Positions 46,951 to 57,422 of a stretch of DNA of 64,000 nucleotides are shown piece after piece. Position 1 is the stretch's first letter; every line of letters begins with the position of its first letter. A program made the translations under genes and the position numbers. Source of the DNA: an uncultured Hormoscilla sp. (GTDB taxonomy: Bacteria > Cyanobacteriota > Cyanobacteriia > Cyanobacteriales > Desertifilaceae); the NCBI GenBank assembly GCA_963921275.4, contig OZ001293.3:6208001-6272000 (forward strand). Reading direction: 5' to 3'. The notes beneath the pieces are model-generated. The model ran no database searches, was not told the DNA's origin, and saw nothing but the letters and a program-made list of their open reading frames with translations.

Positions 46951-47029
46951 TTGGTGTATTATTCATTGATAATCCTTGAGAGGAGATCGAGTTGACAAGG
47001 GATAATTAAAGATTAACAATATAAAGATC

Positions 47030-47391
47030 GTGGCACGAAAAAAAAATCCAAGACTCAGCAAGAAAATAGCGATCGCATCGTCTACCGCGAATTTGGCAAG
47101 GCGGAAAACTCAGAGGCGATCGCTAGGGGCAAACAGCAACTTCCTCCGAACCAGCAAAATCTGAGAGTGCAAGCATCTCGGAAGGGACGTAAGGGTAAAA
47201 CTGTGACGGTAATAAGTGGTTTTCAGCAGCAACCGGAAAGCTTGGCAGAGCTGCTGAAAAAATTGAAAACTCAGTGTGGCGCTGGGGGCGCAGTGAAGGA
47301 AAATACGATTTAAATTCAGGGAGATCATACTCAAAAGCTGCTGGAAATATTGACAAACATGGAATACAAAGCTAAAATAAGTGGTAGATAG
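47030..47391 (+). pseudogene. yciH: SUI1/YciH translation initiation factor, disrupted (absent from ORF track)
   Basis: RKGRKGKTVTVISGF...LKTQCGAGGAVKENTI*IQGDH; TAA at 47311; A9 run shifts the start out of frame. Confidence 0.85.
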
Positions 47392-47409
47392 CGCAAATGT
47401 GGTAAGATT

Positions 47410-48201
47410 ATGTTAGCATTAACAGATCCTTATGAAGTAACCTGGGAAAAGTTACCTGATGATTTTGTTTTAGACAACGATCCCGTGGATAATATTAATC
47501 AACCCCCGATCGCCGCTGCTCTCACAGAAAGCCTAGAAATAGCTGGCAGCCTGCCAGCTAATGCCTTAACCACCACTAATTATGGAATCTGTGCTACTCT
47601 AAATGGCAGAATGGTGGTGAAAGCACCAGATTGGGGGTATGTGCCATTTATTCGGGTAGCCCGAGCAGAAGTAATGCGCAGTTATACTCCCATCCTCCAA
47701 GGGGAACCACCTGCCATTGTCATGGAATTTATCTCGGATACAGAAAGACACGAGTATTCCAGCAAGGAAAGCGATCCTCCAGGCAAGTGGTTTTTTTACG
47801 AACAAGTTTTAAGAGTTCCTAACTATGCCATTTTTGAGCCGCAAACAGGATATCTCAAGGTCTATCAGTTAAGCGATCGCGGACTTTATATACGCAGACG
47901 GCCCGATAGCAAGAACCGTTACTGGATTTCGGAAATGAGCTTGTTTCTGGGCATATGGGAAGGAACCCGTGAAAACCGCACTGGCTACTGGTTGCGCTGG
48001 TGGGATGAAGCAGGAGAACTTTTGCTGTGGGGTTCAGAGTTAGTCGCAAGAGAGCGCCAGCGAGCCGAACTCGAACGCCAGCGAGCCGAACTCGAACACC
48101 AGCGAGCCGAACAGGAGCGCCAGCGAGCCGAACTCGAACGCCAGCGAGTTGAACAATTGATAGCACAGCTACGGGCAGCAGGAATTGAACCAGAGTTGTA
48201 A
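47410..48201 (+). CDS. Uma2 family protein with RQRAELE heptad tail
   Basis: TWEKLPDDF, VKAPDW, VMEFIS, WLRWWD; 21-bp tandem repeats. Confidence 0.9.
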   Translation: MLALTDPYEVTWEKLPDDFVLDNDPVDNINQPPIAAALTESLEIAGSLPANALTTTNYGICATLNGRMVVKAPDWGYVPFIRVARAEVMRSYTPILQGEPPAIVMEFISDTERHEYSSKESDPPGKWFFYEQVLRVPNYAIFEPQTGYLKVYQLSDRGLYIRRRPDSKNRYWISEMSLFLGIWEGTRENRTGYWLRWWDEAGELLLWGSELVARERQRAELERQRAELEHQRAEQERQRAELERQRVEQLIAQLRAAGIEPEL

Positions 48202-48240
48202 GATATCCTCCAGTCACCACGCCCTCACCCGTTCCCAGGC

Positions 48241-48347
48241 CGGTGTCTGGAGCATGCCGTGCCGGCGTCTGGACCGTGCCGAGTCCTTCAGGACAAGAGC
48301 ACGGGGAAGACGCCGGACTTCAGGACAAGAGCATGCGGAAGACGGCG
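48241..48347. repeat. Nested hairpin element (GGTGTCTGGA...CTTCAGGACAAGA...GGAAGACGCC)
   Basis: Same nested unit inside intron C at 15993-16099. Confidence 0.75.
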
Positions 48348-48497
48348 GCAGAGCCGTGGGAACGAGGGGTCCGGCTACGAGGAGGGGGGGGCGAAGACAG
48401 CCGGTGCTACAACTACTTTTGACCACACTTGTCGTGCATTTAAATGCACGACAGCTTAAGCTAAAATCGATAGTAGAAAGTCACGGAAGGTAGGAAC

Positions 48498-49231
48498 ATG
48501 TTTACCGGAACAGATGTTTATGAAGTAATCTGGGAAAACTATGAAGTAACCTGGGAAAAGTTACCTGATGATTTTGTTTTAGACGAAGCCCCAGTAGATA
48601 GTATTAATCAACCCCTGCTCGCGGCGGCTCTTACAGAAAGCCTAGTGATGGCTGGCAGGCTACCAGCCAATGCCTTAATTACTACTAATTATGGGCTCTG
48701 TGCCACTGTAAATAATCAAATAGTTGTGAAAGCGCCAGATTGGGGGTACGTGCCATCTATGAGGGTGGCCAGAGAAGAAATCCTGCGCAGTTATACCCCC
48801 TATATTCAAGGCGATCTACCTGCCATTGTGATGGAATTTCTTTCGGATCCGGAAGGAAACCACGAGTATTCCATGAATGATGATTATCCTCCAGGCAAGT
48901 TTTTTTTTACGAAAAAGTTTTAAGAGTTCCTAACTACGTCATTTTTGAGCCGGAAACGGGAGCGCTCGTAGTCTATCGGTTCAATTCTGAGGAACTTTGT
49001 TATCAACGCCGACAGGCCGATGGCAATAACCGTTACTGGATTCCGGAAATGAGCTTGTGTCTGGGCATCTGGGAAGGCACCCGCGAAAACCGCACTGGCT
49101 ATTGGTTGCGCTGGTGGGATGAAGCAGGAGAACTTTTGCTGTGGGGTTCGGAGTTAGTCGCCAGGGAACGCCAGCGAGTTGAACAATTGATAGCACAGCT
49201 ACGGGCAGCGGGAATTGAGCCAGAGTTGTAA
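48498..49231 (+). pseudogene. Uma2 family paralog, frameshifted
   Basis: Paralog of 47410-48201; frame breaks at the T run near 48905. Confidence 0.82.
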
Positions 49232-49475
49232 GATATTCTCCAGTTAATGCCCATATCTTGTTATATAGGGCATGGCTGATATCAGCAAGATCGGGCGATC
49301 GCCTCGGGACTGAAACAAATCGATTCTATCATTCGTCACTAGCCTCAGTGCTAAGATATTCTTTTCATCCGAAAGGATATCTATTGACAATTGAGCGTTT
49401 TCATGCTAATCTAAAGATATATTTAGCACTCGGAGATCGAGTCACGTTAATGTTTCTGTTTTGAAGGAGGCTTAA

Positions 49476-49637
49476 ATGGGCGATTTAATTAGAATTTTGT
49501 GTGCGATTTTATTGCCCCCCTTGGGAGTATTCTTACAAGTTGGTCTTGGCAAGGATTTTTGGATTAATATCCTCTTGACTCTGCTCGGTTATCTTCCCGG
49601 AATTATACATGCAGTCTGGGTGATTGCCAGGAAATAA
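49476..49637 (+). CDS. YqaE/Pmp3 family small membrane protein (53 aa, below ORF-track cutoff)
   Basis: MGDLIRILCAILLPPLGVFLQVGLGKDFWINILLTLLGYLPGIIHAVWVIARK; SD AGGAGG. Confidence 0.93.
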   Translation: MGDLIRILCAILLPPLGVFLQVGLGKDFWINILLTLLGYLPGIIHAVWVIARK

Positions 49638-49970
49638 TCGCCGCTCTGTGAGATAATTGCTAATAATTTAATGGTTCACGGTCAGGTTAATAACCACGAA
49701 CCATTAATTATTAGAGGCTAATTAAAGATCTCGGCAAAAAACAACTGCATGGCCGACCAAGAACGCCGGTCAGCATCTCGATTGTAAGCTGCCCCTTTAG
49801 ACGGGTCGTTGCCAGCTTTGGGATTTGTAAAGCTGTGGACTGCGCCGCCGTAAGATATCATTTGCCAGTCAACATTAGCTTGGCGCATCTCCTCGGTAAA
49901 GGCTGCAACCTGTTCTTTGGGCACGAAGGGATCCTCGGCACCATGCAATACTAAGATTTGGCCTTTAATA

Positions 49971-50828
49971 ACCTAAGTTGCGACCTATTAAAAAAAATAT
50001 GAATTACCCAACAATTTTTGTTCTTTGTGACGAGCTACTAAAAGCGTTAAATATAAAAGAAGATCCACAAGTAAAAATGAACAATGCCGAAGTGATGACA
50101 GTCGGATTAGTTGCTGCATATTTTTTCGGAGGACACCACGATCGCTCTTGTCAATTTATGGTCGAACACAAGTATATAAAAAATCTGTTAAGTAAAAGTA
50201 GGTTCAATCGTCGATTACACAATATTGACGAACCAATTTGGATGTTTTTCTTCCAAGTTATAGCTCAAACATTTAAAGAGCTCAATCCGGGTCAAGAATA
50301 TATTCTTGATAGTTTCCCGGTGCCAGTATGTGATAATATTAGGATTGATAGATGCCAAATTTATAACAAAGAAGAATATCGAGGGTATATTGCCAGTAAA
50401 AAACGTTATTTTTATGGATTAAGAGTTCATATGTTGGTAAACAAAAATGGAAAGCCAATAGAATTTTATCTAGATCCTGGTAGTTATAATGATGTTAAAG
50501 TTTTGCAATCTTTTGGCTTTGACTTACCATCAAATTCAATAGTTTATGGAGATAAAGCTTATAATGATTATCAATTAGAGGATTTACTAAAAGAGTCGTC
50601 AAGTATAATGTTAAAACCTTTGCGAAAAAAGAACTCAAAAAGAAAAGAATATTCTTGTTTTGAATATATACAAAAAGTAACAAGAAAACAAGTTGAAACC
50701 TGTTTTAGTCGAATCACCAATTTGTTTCCCAAGTCAATTCATGCTGTTACATCTAAGGGATTAGAGTTGAAAATAATTCTCTTTATCATAGCTTTTTGTA
50801 TCCAATTTTTATAGGTCGCAACTTGAGT
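49971..50828 (+). mobile_element. IS982-family insertion sequence
   Basis: Imperfect 18-bp IRs ACCTAAGTTGCGACCTAT / ATAGGTCGCAACTTGAGT; 7-bp TSD TTTAATA (49964-49970, 50829-50835); AT-rich. Confidence 0.92.
49999..50814 (+). CDS. IS982-family DDE transposase
   Basis: SRFNRR, DSFPVPVC, YFYGLRVH, YGDKAY, RKQVETCFS. Confidence 0.92.
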   Translation: MNYPTIFVLCDELLKALNIKEDPQVKMNNAEVMTVGLVAAYFFGGHHDRSCQFMVEHKYIKNLLSKSRFNRRLHNIDEPIWMFFFQVIAQTFKELNPGQEYILDSFPVPVCDNIRIDRCQIYNKEEYRGYIASKKRYFYGLRVHMLVNKNGKPIEFYLDPGSYNDVKVLQSFGFDLPSNSIVYGDKAYNDYQLEDLLKESSSIMLKPLRKKNSKRKEYSCFEYIQKVTRKQVETCFSRITNLFPKSIHAVTSKGLELKIILFIIAFCIQFL

Positions 50829-51463
50829 TTTAATATTATTAGCATCTGTGGGATTGGCTGTATCCAGATTGCCGTGGAAGCTGACTACACCCGCTACTTT
50901 CGCACCGCTACGGGCTAATTCTAGCACCGTGCCGCCGCCGAAACAATAGCCGATCGCCTCCAGGCGGTTGTTTTTGGAAAGGGGATGGTTTCGCAATACC
51001 TTTAACCCAGCGTTCGCCCGATCGCGCATCAACTGACGGTCGGATCGATAGATAGTCGCTTGAGTTTTCGCCTCTTCTCTATTTTTGGGTCTGACGCCCT
51101 TACCGTAGATATCCGCAGCAAAAGCTACATAGCCCATCTGGGCCAATTTTTCCGCTTTTTGTTGATAAAAATCTCCCAGTCCCATCCAGTCGTGGACTAC
51201 CAATACCCCCGGACGTTTTCCCCTGACTGAATTGTCGTAGGCCAGATAACCGCTAAGGATCGTATCTCCTTGCTGGTATTCGACTATTTCTGTATGTAAG
51301 GTCGGTTGCGCTGCCCTTGTGCCCCCGATCGCCTCGATACCGAATAATACCGCACAGAGGATCGACAGAGAGTATTTTTTAATGGTGTTCCTCATGTTTC
51401 TACCTCACTTTTCTCGATCTCTTGTCAGTTGTGGGTTGTCAGTTGTCCAGTAACCACTAACTA

Positions 51464-51844
51464 CTAACCACTTGGTAGTGGCGCAGTGCGGACTTTTAAT
51501 TTTCCGAAGCGATCGCCCCGTTTAATCTTCAACTGCAACCTAGAACCAACAATACTGTCAGCGACAATATTCTGCACCTGCTCGACAGTAGTAATTGTTT
51601 GTCCATTTACTTGTGTAATCGTATCGCCTCGACGAATTCCCGCTGCTGCCGCCGGTCCTTCCTCTGAAAGTAAGGTCACCAATACTCCACTTGATGGTAA
51701 CAGATAAAAAGCATTGGGATCTTTGTTATTCCGTTCTGCCAACTCTGGCATCAGCGTCATCATCTGAATTTCTATATAGGGAGGACCAACTATTTCCTTT
51801 TTGCCCCGGATACTGGCTTTTCTGAAGAATCTAATTACTGGCAA
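51464..51844 (-). CDS. PDZ-domain protein (HtrA-type PDZ only; start uncertain)
   Basis: SGVLV...GPAAAAGIRRGDTITQVNG; hydrophobic segment upstream. Confidence 0.65.
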   Translation of the reverse strand: MPVIRFFRKASIRGKKEIVGPPYIEIQMMTLMPELAERNNKDPNAFYLLPSSGVLVTLLSEEGPAAAAGIRRGDTITQVNGQTITTVEQVQNIVADSIVGSRLQLKIKRGDRFGKLKVRTAPLPSG

Positions 51845-52071
51845 AACCGAGACAAAAAATATAACTAAGAACAGTACGACCAGGAAGACAATAGCAACAA
51901 TCCCGACTAGCCATATGGTCCAATTGTGATAATTGTAAGCTGTCTAATTTTGTTGACAAGCACTCAATCATCGCTTCTTTATCTAACAATATAATAATCA
52001 GATGTTAGTGGTTAGTTGTCCGTTGTTGGTTGCCAGTTGTTGGTTTTCCGCCAACCACTAACTACTAACTA

Positions 52072-53169
52072 CTAACCACTAACTACTAACTGTAGACATA
52101 GAGAGTTAAAGAACTCTATAATATTCGCGGGCGATCTCCTCAATATGGCGGCGCGATCGAGATGATTGATGATGCGCCGGGCATTGTAAAAATCGCGGGA
52201 GTTGCCGTTAATGTAATCGCTGAGCTTGTAACTGGTAAAGGTGCCATCCCGCATACCGATGACCAGAATCTTAGCGGCGATCGGCATCTCCGCTGCTTTT
52301 TCGGGATGATTCACCAGGTCGATACCCAATCGATTACTCCAATCGGTATAATTGTATCGTCCCGTGACTTGCAGAAAGCCGCGTCCCTTATAGCGAGGAC
52401 CGTCTCCGGGCTGAGTATTTCCCAAATCAGATCGCCCTTCATAGGCCCAACCGCTAGCAAATTCTACCATCCATTGTCCCAGATGAGATTCATGTTCTGT
52501 CGTGGCAAAAATATAGGCAATTTGTCCTTTATCAGTAACCCCATTTGCAGCACATTCCTGCAATATTAAGGGAATCGACTGCCCAGCATAGGCACGAAAA
52601 TTTGCTGGCACCGACGCGACAACATGGTCCACGTCAATAGAAGCAATTTCATTCTTGTATGGCCGATAAGCTTCTACATGTTTGCCCTGCAAAGCTGCCC
52701 AAGTATTTTGACCTACAATGCCATCAACTCCTAGACCTTGACTGCTCTGGAATCTTTTCACCGCGTCCTCTGTTCCCCGACCAAATTCACCATCTGATGG
52801 TTCATTCTTGGAAAGCACTCCCTTTTCTTTCAGTAAATCCTGAAGGATTTTAACGTCATTTTTCAATTCAGGGGTATCAATTCCATCACGGAAGCGGAGC
52901 ATTGGATGTCTTTGGGGCGGCGTGGAGGAAACCCGGTTTAAGACTGACCAGGTGTTCGGACCAACAATTCCATCCGCAATTAAGCCGTTATTCTGCTGTA
53001 AACTTTTAACGGCAGCTTCAGTTGTGGAGTCGAATCGACCATCGGATGGTACGTCAGCAGCAAGTACGCTGGCTTTTTTCAATAAATCTTGCAGCTCCAC
53101 GACTTGATTGTGCAAATTAGGGTAATCTATACCATCGCCCTTACGCAGTAGAGGCTGTTTGTTTGCCAT
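52072..53169 (-). CDS. Peptidoglycan-binding plus GH19-like lysozyme/chitinase-fold protein, copy 1 (frameshift in last codons)
   Basis: Two DGIVG PG-binding repeats; AT.EHES, YEGRSDLGNTQPGDGPRYKGRG; native EYYRVL stop at 52106 is out of frame. Confidence 0.85.
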   Translation of the reverse strand: MANKQPLLRKGDGIDYPNLHNQVVELQDLLKKASVLAADVPSDGRFDSTTEAAVKSLQQNNGLIADGIVGPNTWSVLNRVSSTPPQRHPMLRFRDGIDTPELKNDVKILQDLLKEKGVLSKNEPSDGEFGRGTEDAVKRFQSSQGLGVDGIVGQNTWAALQGKHVEAYRPYKNEIASIDVDHVVASVPANFRAYAGQSIPLILQECAANGVTDKGQIAYIFATTEHESHLGQWMVEFASGWAYEGRSDLGNTQPGDGPRYKGRGFLQVTGRYNYTDWSNRLGIDLVNHPEKAAEMPIAAKILVIGMRDGTFTSYKLSDYINGNSRDFYNARRIINHLDRAAILRRSPANIIEFFNSLCLQLVVSG

Positions 53170-53973
53170 TGATTTTTTTTCTCCCTGATATGCTTACTTG
53201 ACTTACGCTCCGGCGATCTGCATAGGTACGGTGGGGCACAGATATAGCCTCTTGCAGGGAGTGGGGAAGAGAAACTAGATCTCTCATCTCCGTTACTCCC
53301 TACTGGGTGCATCTGGTGTTTTGCTTCTCGAGCAATTGAAAATTGAAAATTGTTTCATGGAGCAAGTATAAATTCAGAATGGCTCCATTTTCCATAGCGC
53401 GTAGCGCACTGCGTATACGCAATTCGCAATTAGCCCTTTTCTCTTCGCAAATACAAATGCTTGCATTGAGATGCTCCCTCCCTACTCCCTACTCCCAAAC
53501 CGAGAAGTCTTGGGGTGGGCCATTGCCCACATCTGCTACCTATGGATGGCAGAGTAGCAAGCGTAAGTTTTGACTGTATGGGAATTATCCCAGAAAGGAG
53601 ATCTATCCGTCAAGTAGTTTGCGCAATTACAGAGTCGTTGTGCCCTGCTGGTCAACTTGCGGGGTTTTGACCAAGGCTGTAATGGACTGCTGTTGCCACG
53701 CCGAGGCGATCTCCCCTGCTACATCCGGTGCCTAGCAACAATCCCGACTCGCCTATTCTGGTCCGATTGTGATAATTTTCAACTGTCTAATTTTGCTGAC
53801 CAGTACTCAAGCATCACTTCAAAATATAACAATTCTTAAATCAGATGTCAGCTGTTGCTTGTCAGTTGTTACTTTTCCACTAACCGCTAATTACTAACCA
53901 CTAACCACCTTCTGATTATTATATTGTCAAACCCTGTAACAGTAGCTAGATATCATCCTGTAGACATATACAG

Positions 53974-55038
53974 TTAAAGAACTCTATAATACTCGCGGGC
54001 GTACGCGGCTATATCGGTAGCGCGATCTAGATGATTAATGATGCGTCGAGCATTGTAAAAATCCCTGGTGTCCCCGTAGATGTAATCATTCAACTTGTAA
54101 CTGGTAAAGGTGCCATCCCGCATACCGATTACCAGGATCTTAGCTGCGATCGGGGGTTCAGATGCTCGTTCGGGATTATTCACCAGATCGATACCCAATC
54201 TGTTAGCCCAATCCGTATAATTGTACCGTCCCGTGATCTGCACAAAACCGCGTCCCTTATAGCGGGGACCATCTCCTGATTGCGTATTGCCTAAATCCGA
54301 TCGCCCTTCATAGGCCCAACCGCTAGCAAATTCTATCATCCATTGTCCCAGATGAGATTCATGTTCTGCTGTCGCAAAAATATAGGCAATTTGTCCTCGA
54401 TCTGTAACCCCATTCGCGTCACATTCCTGCAATATTAAGGGAATAGACTCCCGTGCATAGGAACGAAAACTCTCTGGAATCGTAGCGACAATTCTGTCCA
54501 AGTCAAAAGAACCAACTTGCTTGTTGTAGGGCCGATAAGCTTCTACATATTTGGACTCCAGAGCTGACCAAGTGTTTTCACCTACAATGCCATCAACAAA
54601 TAGACCCTTACTCTGCTGGAAACGTTTAACCGCCGACTCCATTTTTGAGTCAAATCTCCCATCTGATGGTTCATTTTGGGAAAGCATTCCCTGTTTTTTC
54701 AGCAAATCCTGAAGGGTTTTGACATGATTTTGCAATTGAGGGGAATCAATGCCATCACCGAGGCGGAGTAGAGGATATCTCTGGGGCGGTGTGGGGGATG
54801 TTCGGTTTAAGACTGCCCATGTCTCTGGATAAACAATTCCATCCACATATAACTCGTTATACTGCTGTAAACGTTTAACCGCATCCTCAGTTCGAGTGTC
54901 AAATCGACCATCGGATGGCACGTTAGCAGCAAGTACACCCGCTTTTTTCAATTTATCTTGCAGTTCTATGACTTGCTGTTGGTACTCCGGGTACTGTATA
55001 CCATCTCCTTTACGCAGTATCGGATTTTTGATTGCCAT
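53974..55038 (-). CDS. Peptidoglycan-binding plus GH19-like protein, copy 2
   Basis: Paralog of 52072-53169, intact to EYYRVL*. Confidence 0.88.
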   Translation of the reverse strand: MAIKNPILRKGDGIQYPEYQQQVIELQDKLKKAGVLAANVPSDGRFDTRTEDAVKRLQQYNELYVDGIVYPETWAVLNRTSPTPPQRYPLLRLGDGIDSPQLQNHVKTLQDLLKKQGMLSQNEPSDGRFDSKMESAVKRFQQSKGLFVDGIVGENTWSALESKYVEAYRPYNKQVGSFDLDRIVATIPESFRSYARESIPLILQECDANGVTDRGQIAYIFATAEHESHLGQWMIEFASGWAYEGRSDLGNTQSGDGPRYKGRGFVQITGRYNYTDWANRLGIDLVNNPERASEPPIAAKILVIGMRDGTFTSYKLNDYIYGDTRDFYNARRIINHLDRATDIAAYAREYYRVL

Positions 55039-55196
55039 TGATGCATTCCTCTTTTTCAAGTCAAAAGTCAAAAGTTTTACTAAGCGCGTGACTTTTCAAG
55101 TCAAAAGTCACGCACCATGGGTGACGGTGAAAAATGAGCCGAGCAGGTAGTAATGGTATTTTACCATCTGGATCCATTCTACTTAATGTTTTTTTG

Positions 55197-56114
55197 CTAG
55201 CAGCTTGTTACTCCCTGCTGCTCAATTTGCAGGGTTTTCACAACCGCTGCAATGGACTGCTGCTGCCAGGCCAAGGCGATCGCCGCTGCTACATCCGGTG
55301 CTGGCCCTGGTTCCACCAAGGCCAACAGAGTCGGTCCTGCACCACTGATTACCATCCCTAATGCACCGGCATCCACAGCGGCTTTCTGGACAACATCATA
55401 TCCGAGAATCAAGCTTTTCCGGTAAGGTTGATGGATGCGGTCTTGCAGGGCCGATCGGATCCAGTCGGCCCGACCTGTTTCTAATCCTCGCACTAATAAG
55501 CCTAAATGGGAAGTGTTAAATATGGCATCGGCGCGACTGTACTGGGTGGGAAGCACCCGTCGGGCCTCGGCGGTAGATAGTTCAAAATCGGGTATTGCTA
55601 CAACTGGAATAATATTGGAATGCCAGGGGATGTCGCAAATCTGGCAACCCCCATCACTGGTGGCGGCCAGACGACAGCCTCCCAAAAGTGCCGGGACCAC
55701 GTTATCGGGATGTCCTTCTAGGGCGATCGCCAGTTCCAGCACCTCAGCTCGATTGAGTGGTTCGCCTGCTAGGAGGTTAGCAGCAACCAACCCGCCGACG
55801 ATCGCGGTGGCGGAACTCCCCAACCCTCTGGCCAAAGGTACGTTGATGGTAAGGTCGATCTGTACGGGTGGCGCAGTCTGTCCTAAATGCTCATACAATT
55901 TGACAAAAGATTGGTAGAGGAGATTGTCAGCACCCGTACTCAGTCCCTTTGCCCCTGCACCGGTGACATTGATATGATAAACCTTGTCGTCATTCTCGGT
56001 GAGGTAGGAGAACTGGAATTGATTGTAGAGAGTTAAAGCTGCACCGATGCAATCAAAGCCAGGACCGAGGTTGGCCGTTGTCGCTGGCACCTTAACTGTA
56101 ACTGTATTGACCAT
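55197..56114 (-). CDS. thrB: Homoserine kinase
   Basis: PATTANLGPGFD, PLARGLGSSA, EGHPDNV, ISGAGPT. Confidence 0.97.
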   Translation of the reverse strand: MVNTVTVKVPATTANLGPGFDCIGAALTLYNQFQFSYLTENDDKVYHINVTGAGAKGLSTGADNLLYQSFVKLYEHLGQTAPPVQIDLTINVPLARGLGSSATAIVGGLVAANLLAGEPLNRAEVLELAIALEGHPDNVVPALLGGCRLAATSDGGCQICDIPWHSNIIPVVAIPDFELSTAEARRVLPTQYSRADAIFNTSHLGLLVRGLETGRADWIRSALQDRIHQPYRKSLILGYDVVQKAAVDAGALGMVISGAGPTLLALVEPGPAPDVAAAIALAWQQQSIAAVVKTLQIEQQGVTSC

Positions 56115-56203
56115 TTTGAATATTTTACTGCCCCATATGCCAGATATTATCAGATATCAGATCCTATTGGCAAGGGGCGATCGACCTGTGAGGACATGAG
56201 AAG

Positions 56204-56818
56204 ATGGGTTTCTATTCTCAAGTAATTTTCCCTCGCGCTTTGGACTGGGTGATGTCCGACCCCCTGTTTACCCAGTACCGTCAAGCAGTTTTGTCTGAGG
56301 TTTCGGGGGAAATTTTGGAAATTGGCTTTGGTACGGGATTGAATTTGCCCCATTACCCAAAAAGCATTCAAAAGCTGACTGCGATCGATGCTAATCCTGG
56401 GATGAATGCCTTAGCAAGGAAACGCATTCAATCTTCTGGGATTATTGTAGCTAATCGAGTCCTGAATGGTGAGAGTTTACCGATGGCGGATAATAGCTTT
56501 GATAGCGTGGTGAGTACCTGGACATTATGTAGCATTGCCAAGGTAAAACAAGCGCTACAGGAAATTCATCGGGTGCTCAAACCTGGGGGAAAGTTCTTTT
56601 TCATCGAACATGGACTGAGTGACGACCCCAAAGTGCAAGTATGGCAACATCGCTTGACCCCTTTACAGAAGATTATCGCTGATGGCTGTCATCTCGATCG
56701 CAATATGAAAAAGCTAGTGGAAAACCAGTTTGAGGTGCTGAAGCTGGAGGAGTTTTATATGGAGGAAACTCCGAAATTTGCTGGCTATATGTATAAAGGC
56801 GTTGCTACAAAAGGATGA
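56204..56818 (+). CDS. Class I SAM-dependent methyltransferase
   Basis: LEIGFGTGLN, FDSVVSTWTLCS, RVLKPGG. Confidence 0.92.
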   Translation: MGFYSQVIFPRALDWVMSDPLFTQYRQAVLSEVSGEILEIGFGTGLNLPHYPKSIQKLTAIDANPGMNALARKRIQSSGIIVANRVLNGESLPMADNSFDSVVSTWTLCSIAKVKQALQEIHRVLKPGGKFFFIEHGLSDDPKVQVWQHRLTPLQKIIADGCHLDRNMKKLVENQFEVLKLEEFYMEETPKFAGYMYKGVATKG

Positions 56819-56947
56819 CAGACTGAGTCTCATAGCCCGCCGGGGGTTCAAACCCTAAGGCTTTTAGCTAAGGGACGAGCAAGAAAATAAAGTAGCGCAG
56901 GGGGGAAAGGGGAACGGGGAACTCAAGGGCGGGGAACGGTCGGTAAC

Positions 56948-57319
56948 GCAAGGTTGGCCCGTGGGTTAGCAAGGTTGGCCCGTGGGTTAGCAAGGTTGGT
57001 CCGTGGGTTAGCAAAGTTGGCCCCTGCAGAGGCAATACTCCCTGGTGCTTCGGTAAGATGCTGCCCTATAGCTATGCAACTGTAAATTAGTTTCTCCGTT
57101 CCAGTCGTGGGTTAGCAAGGTTGGCCCGTGGGTTAGCAAGGTTGGCCCGTGGGTTAGCAAGGTTGGTCCGTGGGTTAGCAAGGTTGGCCCCTGCAGAGGC
57201 AATACTCTCTGGTGCTTCGGTAAGATGCCGCCCTATAGCTATGCAACTGTAAATTAGTTTCCCCGTTCCAGTCGTGCGTTAGCAAGGTTGGCCCGTGGGT
57301 TAGCAAGGTTGGTCCGTGG
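56948..57319. repeat. 21-bp tandem repeat blocks separated by a duplicated segment of about 80 bp
   Basis: GCAAGGTTGGCCCGTGGGTTA about 10 times in three blocks; near-identical inserts at about 57024-57103 and 57191-57270. Confidence 0.9.
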
Positions 57320-57422
57320 GGGGCCAGCAGCGAAGTGAGAGAATTACAGCCACCGTGAAAATAGTTAATCCATTCAGGATCATCTGGCTCCCATAGCGCG
57401 ATCGCCGTAACCATGCTGGGGG

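Larger units (their letters stand above)
49718..51395 (-). pseudogene. Dienelactone hydrolase family protein split by IS982
   Basis: GYCFGG, SFHG; removing the IS and one TSD gives NNIKGQILVLHGAEDP...HSFTNP. Confidence 0.9.

Noticed and set aside
47410..49231. Diversity-generating retroelement template/variable repeat pair
   Set aside because: No RT in the window and differences are not confined to adenines.
52072..55038. Prophage lysis module
   Set aside because: No holin, structural or integrase genes; flanks show a local duplication beside thrB.
56948..57319. Possible CRISPR array
   Set aside because: Units are directly adjacent and the two intervening segments are copies of each other, not unique spacers; no cas genes nearby.
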